Origin: Myxococcota bacterium
Lineage (GTDB): Bacteria > Myxococcota_A > UBA796 > CAJQPC01
Assembly (NCBI GenBank): GCA_036012755.1
Contig: DASCPX010000044.1
Location: forward strand, 1 to 18,703
Reading direction: 5' to 3'
Length of the DNA stretch: 18,703 nucleotides
Shown here: piece after piece, positions 18,019-18,703 of the stretch
How positions within the stretch are numbered: the first letter of the stretch is position 1
Layout of the letters: the number at the start of each line of letters is the position of its first letter
The notes under the pieces: model-generated
The model's input: the letters and a program-made list of their open reading frames with translations, nothing else
Told to the model about the DNA's origin: nothing
The model's database searches: none
Program-made: the position numbers and the translations under genes

Positions 18019-18225
18019 TATCGCGCCGATCACATAGGTTGATTCGATGATCGCGCCGCAATGTGTGCGGCTGGGTAGGCGGCCCGACGAAGGCGTGTCT
18101 GGACACTTCGAGGAGGGTCAACGGGGCGAAGCGTTGCCAAACCCGAAGGTCGGCGAGCCCCGTTGCCGCCGCCAGGCGTGCGCAGGGCAAGCGAGGGCGA
18201 ATCAACCGGAGTGATCGGCGCGATA
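18019..18225. mobile_element. 207-bp MITE-like element with 28-bp terminal inverted repeats
   Basis: TATCGCGCCGATCAC-ata-GGTTGATTCG (18019-18046) pairs with CGAATCAACC-gga-GTGATCGGCGCGATA (18198-18225) at 25/28 positions. TA at both extremities, internal hairpins, no transposase. Confidence 0.75.
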
Positions 18226-18229
18226 CTGC

Positions 18230-18235
18230 TACGCT
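18230..18235 (+). promoter_or_regulatory. Putative -10 element (TACGCT) before ATG 18241
   Basis: TAnnnT 5 nt before the ATG; no SD. Confidence 0.4.
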
Positions 18236-18240
18236 CCGCA

Positions 18241-18525
18241 ATGCTCTGACTCTCGCTCGCCCTGGCCGCCGAATCGACCGTCTATGGAGGTGCGAGCCTC
18301 AACGCTGGCTATTCGCCCTTCCGCGGATACAACAGCTTGATCGAGGACGGATTGGAGGATCCGAACGTCGATCCTGACTACGGCGGGTTCGGACCGTATG
18401 GCGGGTTGGCCTTTGGAGTGGGCGGTGGGACACCCCCTCTCGTCGCTCTCCCCCTTCAACCCCGGACATCAACAACCAGGAAGACTCCAACGGCTTCGAT
18501 ACACCACTTGACGGGACACAGCTAA
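18241..18525 (+). pseudogene. Degraded exported protein gene (nonsense codon 3, probable later frameshift and truncation)
   Basis: ATG CTC TGA CTC TCG CTC GCC CTG GCC GCC = ML*LSLALA-AESTVYGGASLNAGYSPFRGYNSLIEDG..., in frame with track ORF 18337..18525. A second frame near 18463 reads PDINNQEDSNGFDTPLDGTQLK. Confidence 0.6.
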
Positions 18526-18703
18526 AGCCTCGGCCCGTGGGCTCCAGTCGAGTCAGCTGCGCCTCCAGGTCCCGGGTCAGAGCCTCCACCTCCAGCTCGT
18601 AGCAGCCAGAAGGCAGCGCCTCCCACGCCGGTGGACGAGGGTCCCGCAGCCGAGCCAGCCGAGCCCCGAGCTCGCGGGCCTCTGGCGGGCGGGTCTCGCC
18701 CAA
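18526..18703 (-). CDS. Partial hypothetical gene entering from the right edge, apparently 3'-truncated
   Basis: GC3-rich codons (…EARELGARLARLRDPRPPAWEALPSGCYELEVEALTRDLEAQLTRLEP…) down to ~18527. The frame then reads on antisense to the pseudogene until 18299. Confidence 0.45.

Noticed and set aside
18019..18225. Retron msr-msd (a1/a2 inverted repeats flanking hairpins)
   Set aside because: No reverse transcriptase is adjacent in the window and there is no long msd-type stem. The TA-bounded TIRs fit a MITE better.
18047..18377. ORFs inside or crossing the inverted-repeat element (18047..18214, 18063..18377)
   Set aside because: Atypical codon usage and no motifs; best explained as chance frames in a non-coding repeat.

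Overview
Envelope and housekeeping region of a high-GC (roughly 68-70% by eye) diderm bacterium. MopE-type Asp/Cys repeats, a futalosine-type radical SAM enzyme, MlaD and many lipoproteins suggest Myxococcota or a related deltaproteobacterial lineage (inference). The left ~1.3 kb is mobile debris: the right end of an IS5/IS903-group element, a ~40% GC foreign fragment and an ISAzo13 remnant. The core carries a PHP/DUF3604-type metallohydrolase, a divergent MqnC/CofH radical SAM enzyme, a DUF4342-like/TPR protein, a 902-aa HExxH peptidase + beta-propeller + putative beta-barrel protein, a FabL-like reductase, MurJ and a metallophosphoesterase. It also has a tightly coupled four-gene unit: MlaD, ABC-2-type permease, TPR lipoprotein and LolA/LolB-like lipoprotein. 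The right end has a 207-bp MITE-like element and more pseudogenes. Four patterns stand out: (i) eight exported proteins have ultra-short (6-11 aa) uncharged signal peptides; (ii) five genes look leaderless (TAnnnT 5-8 nt before ATG, no SD); (iii) repeated deletion scars join truncated convergent genes; (iv) the MCE operon is non-canonical. All family calls come from motif recognition, not database searches.
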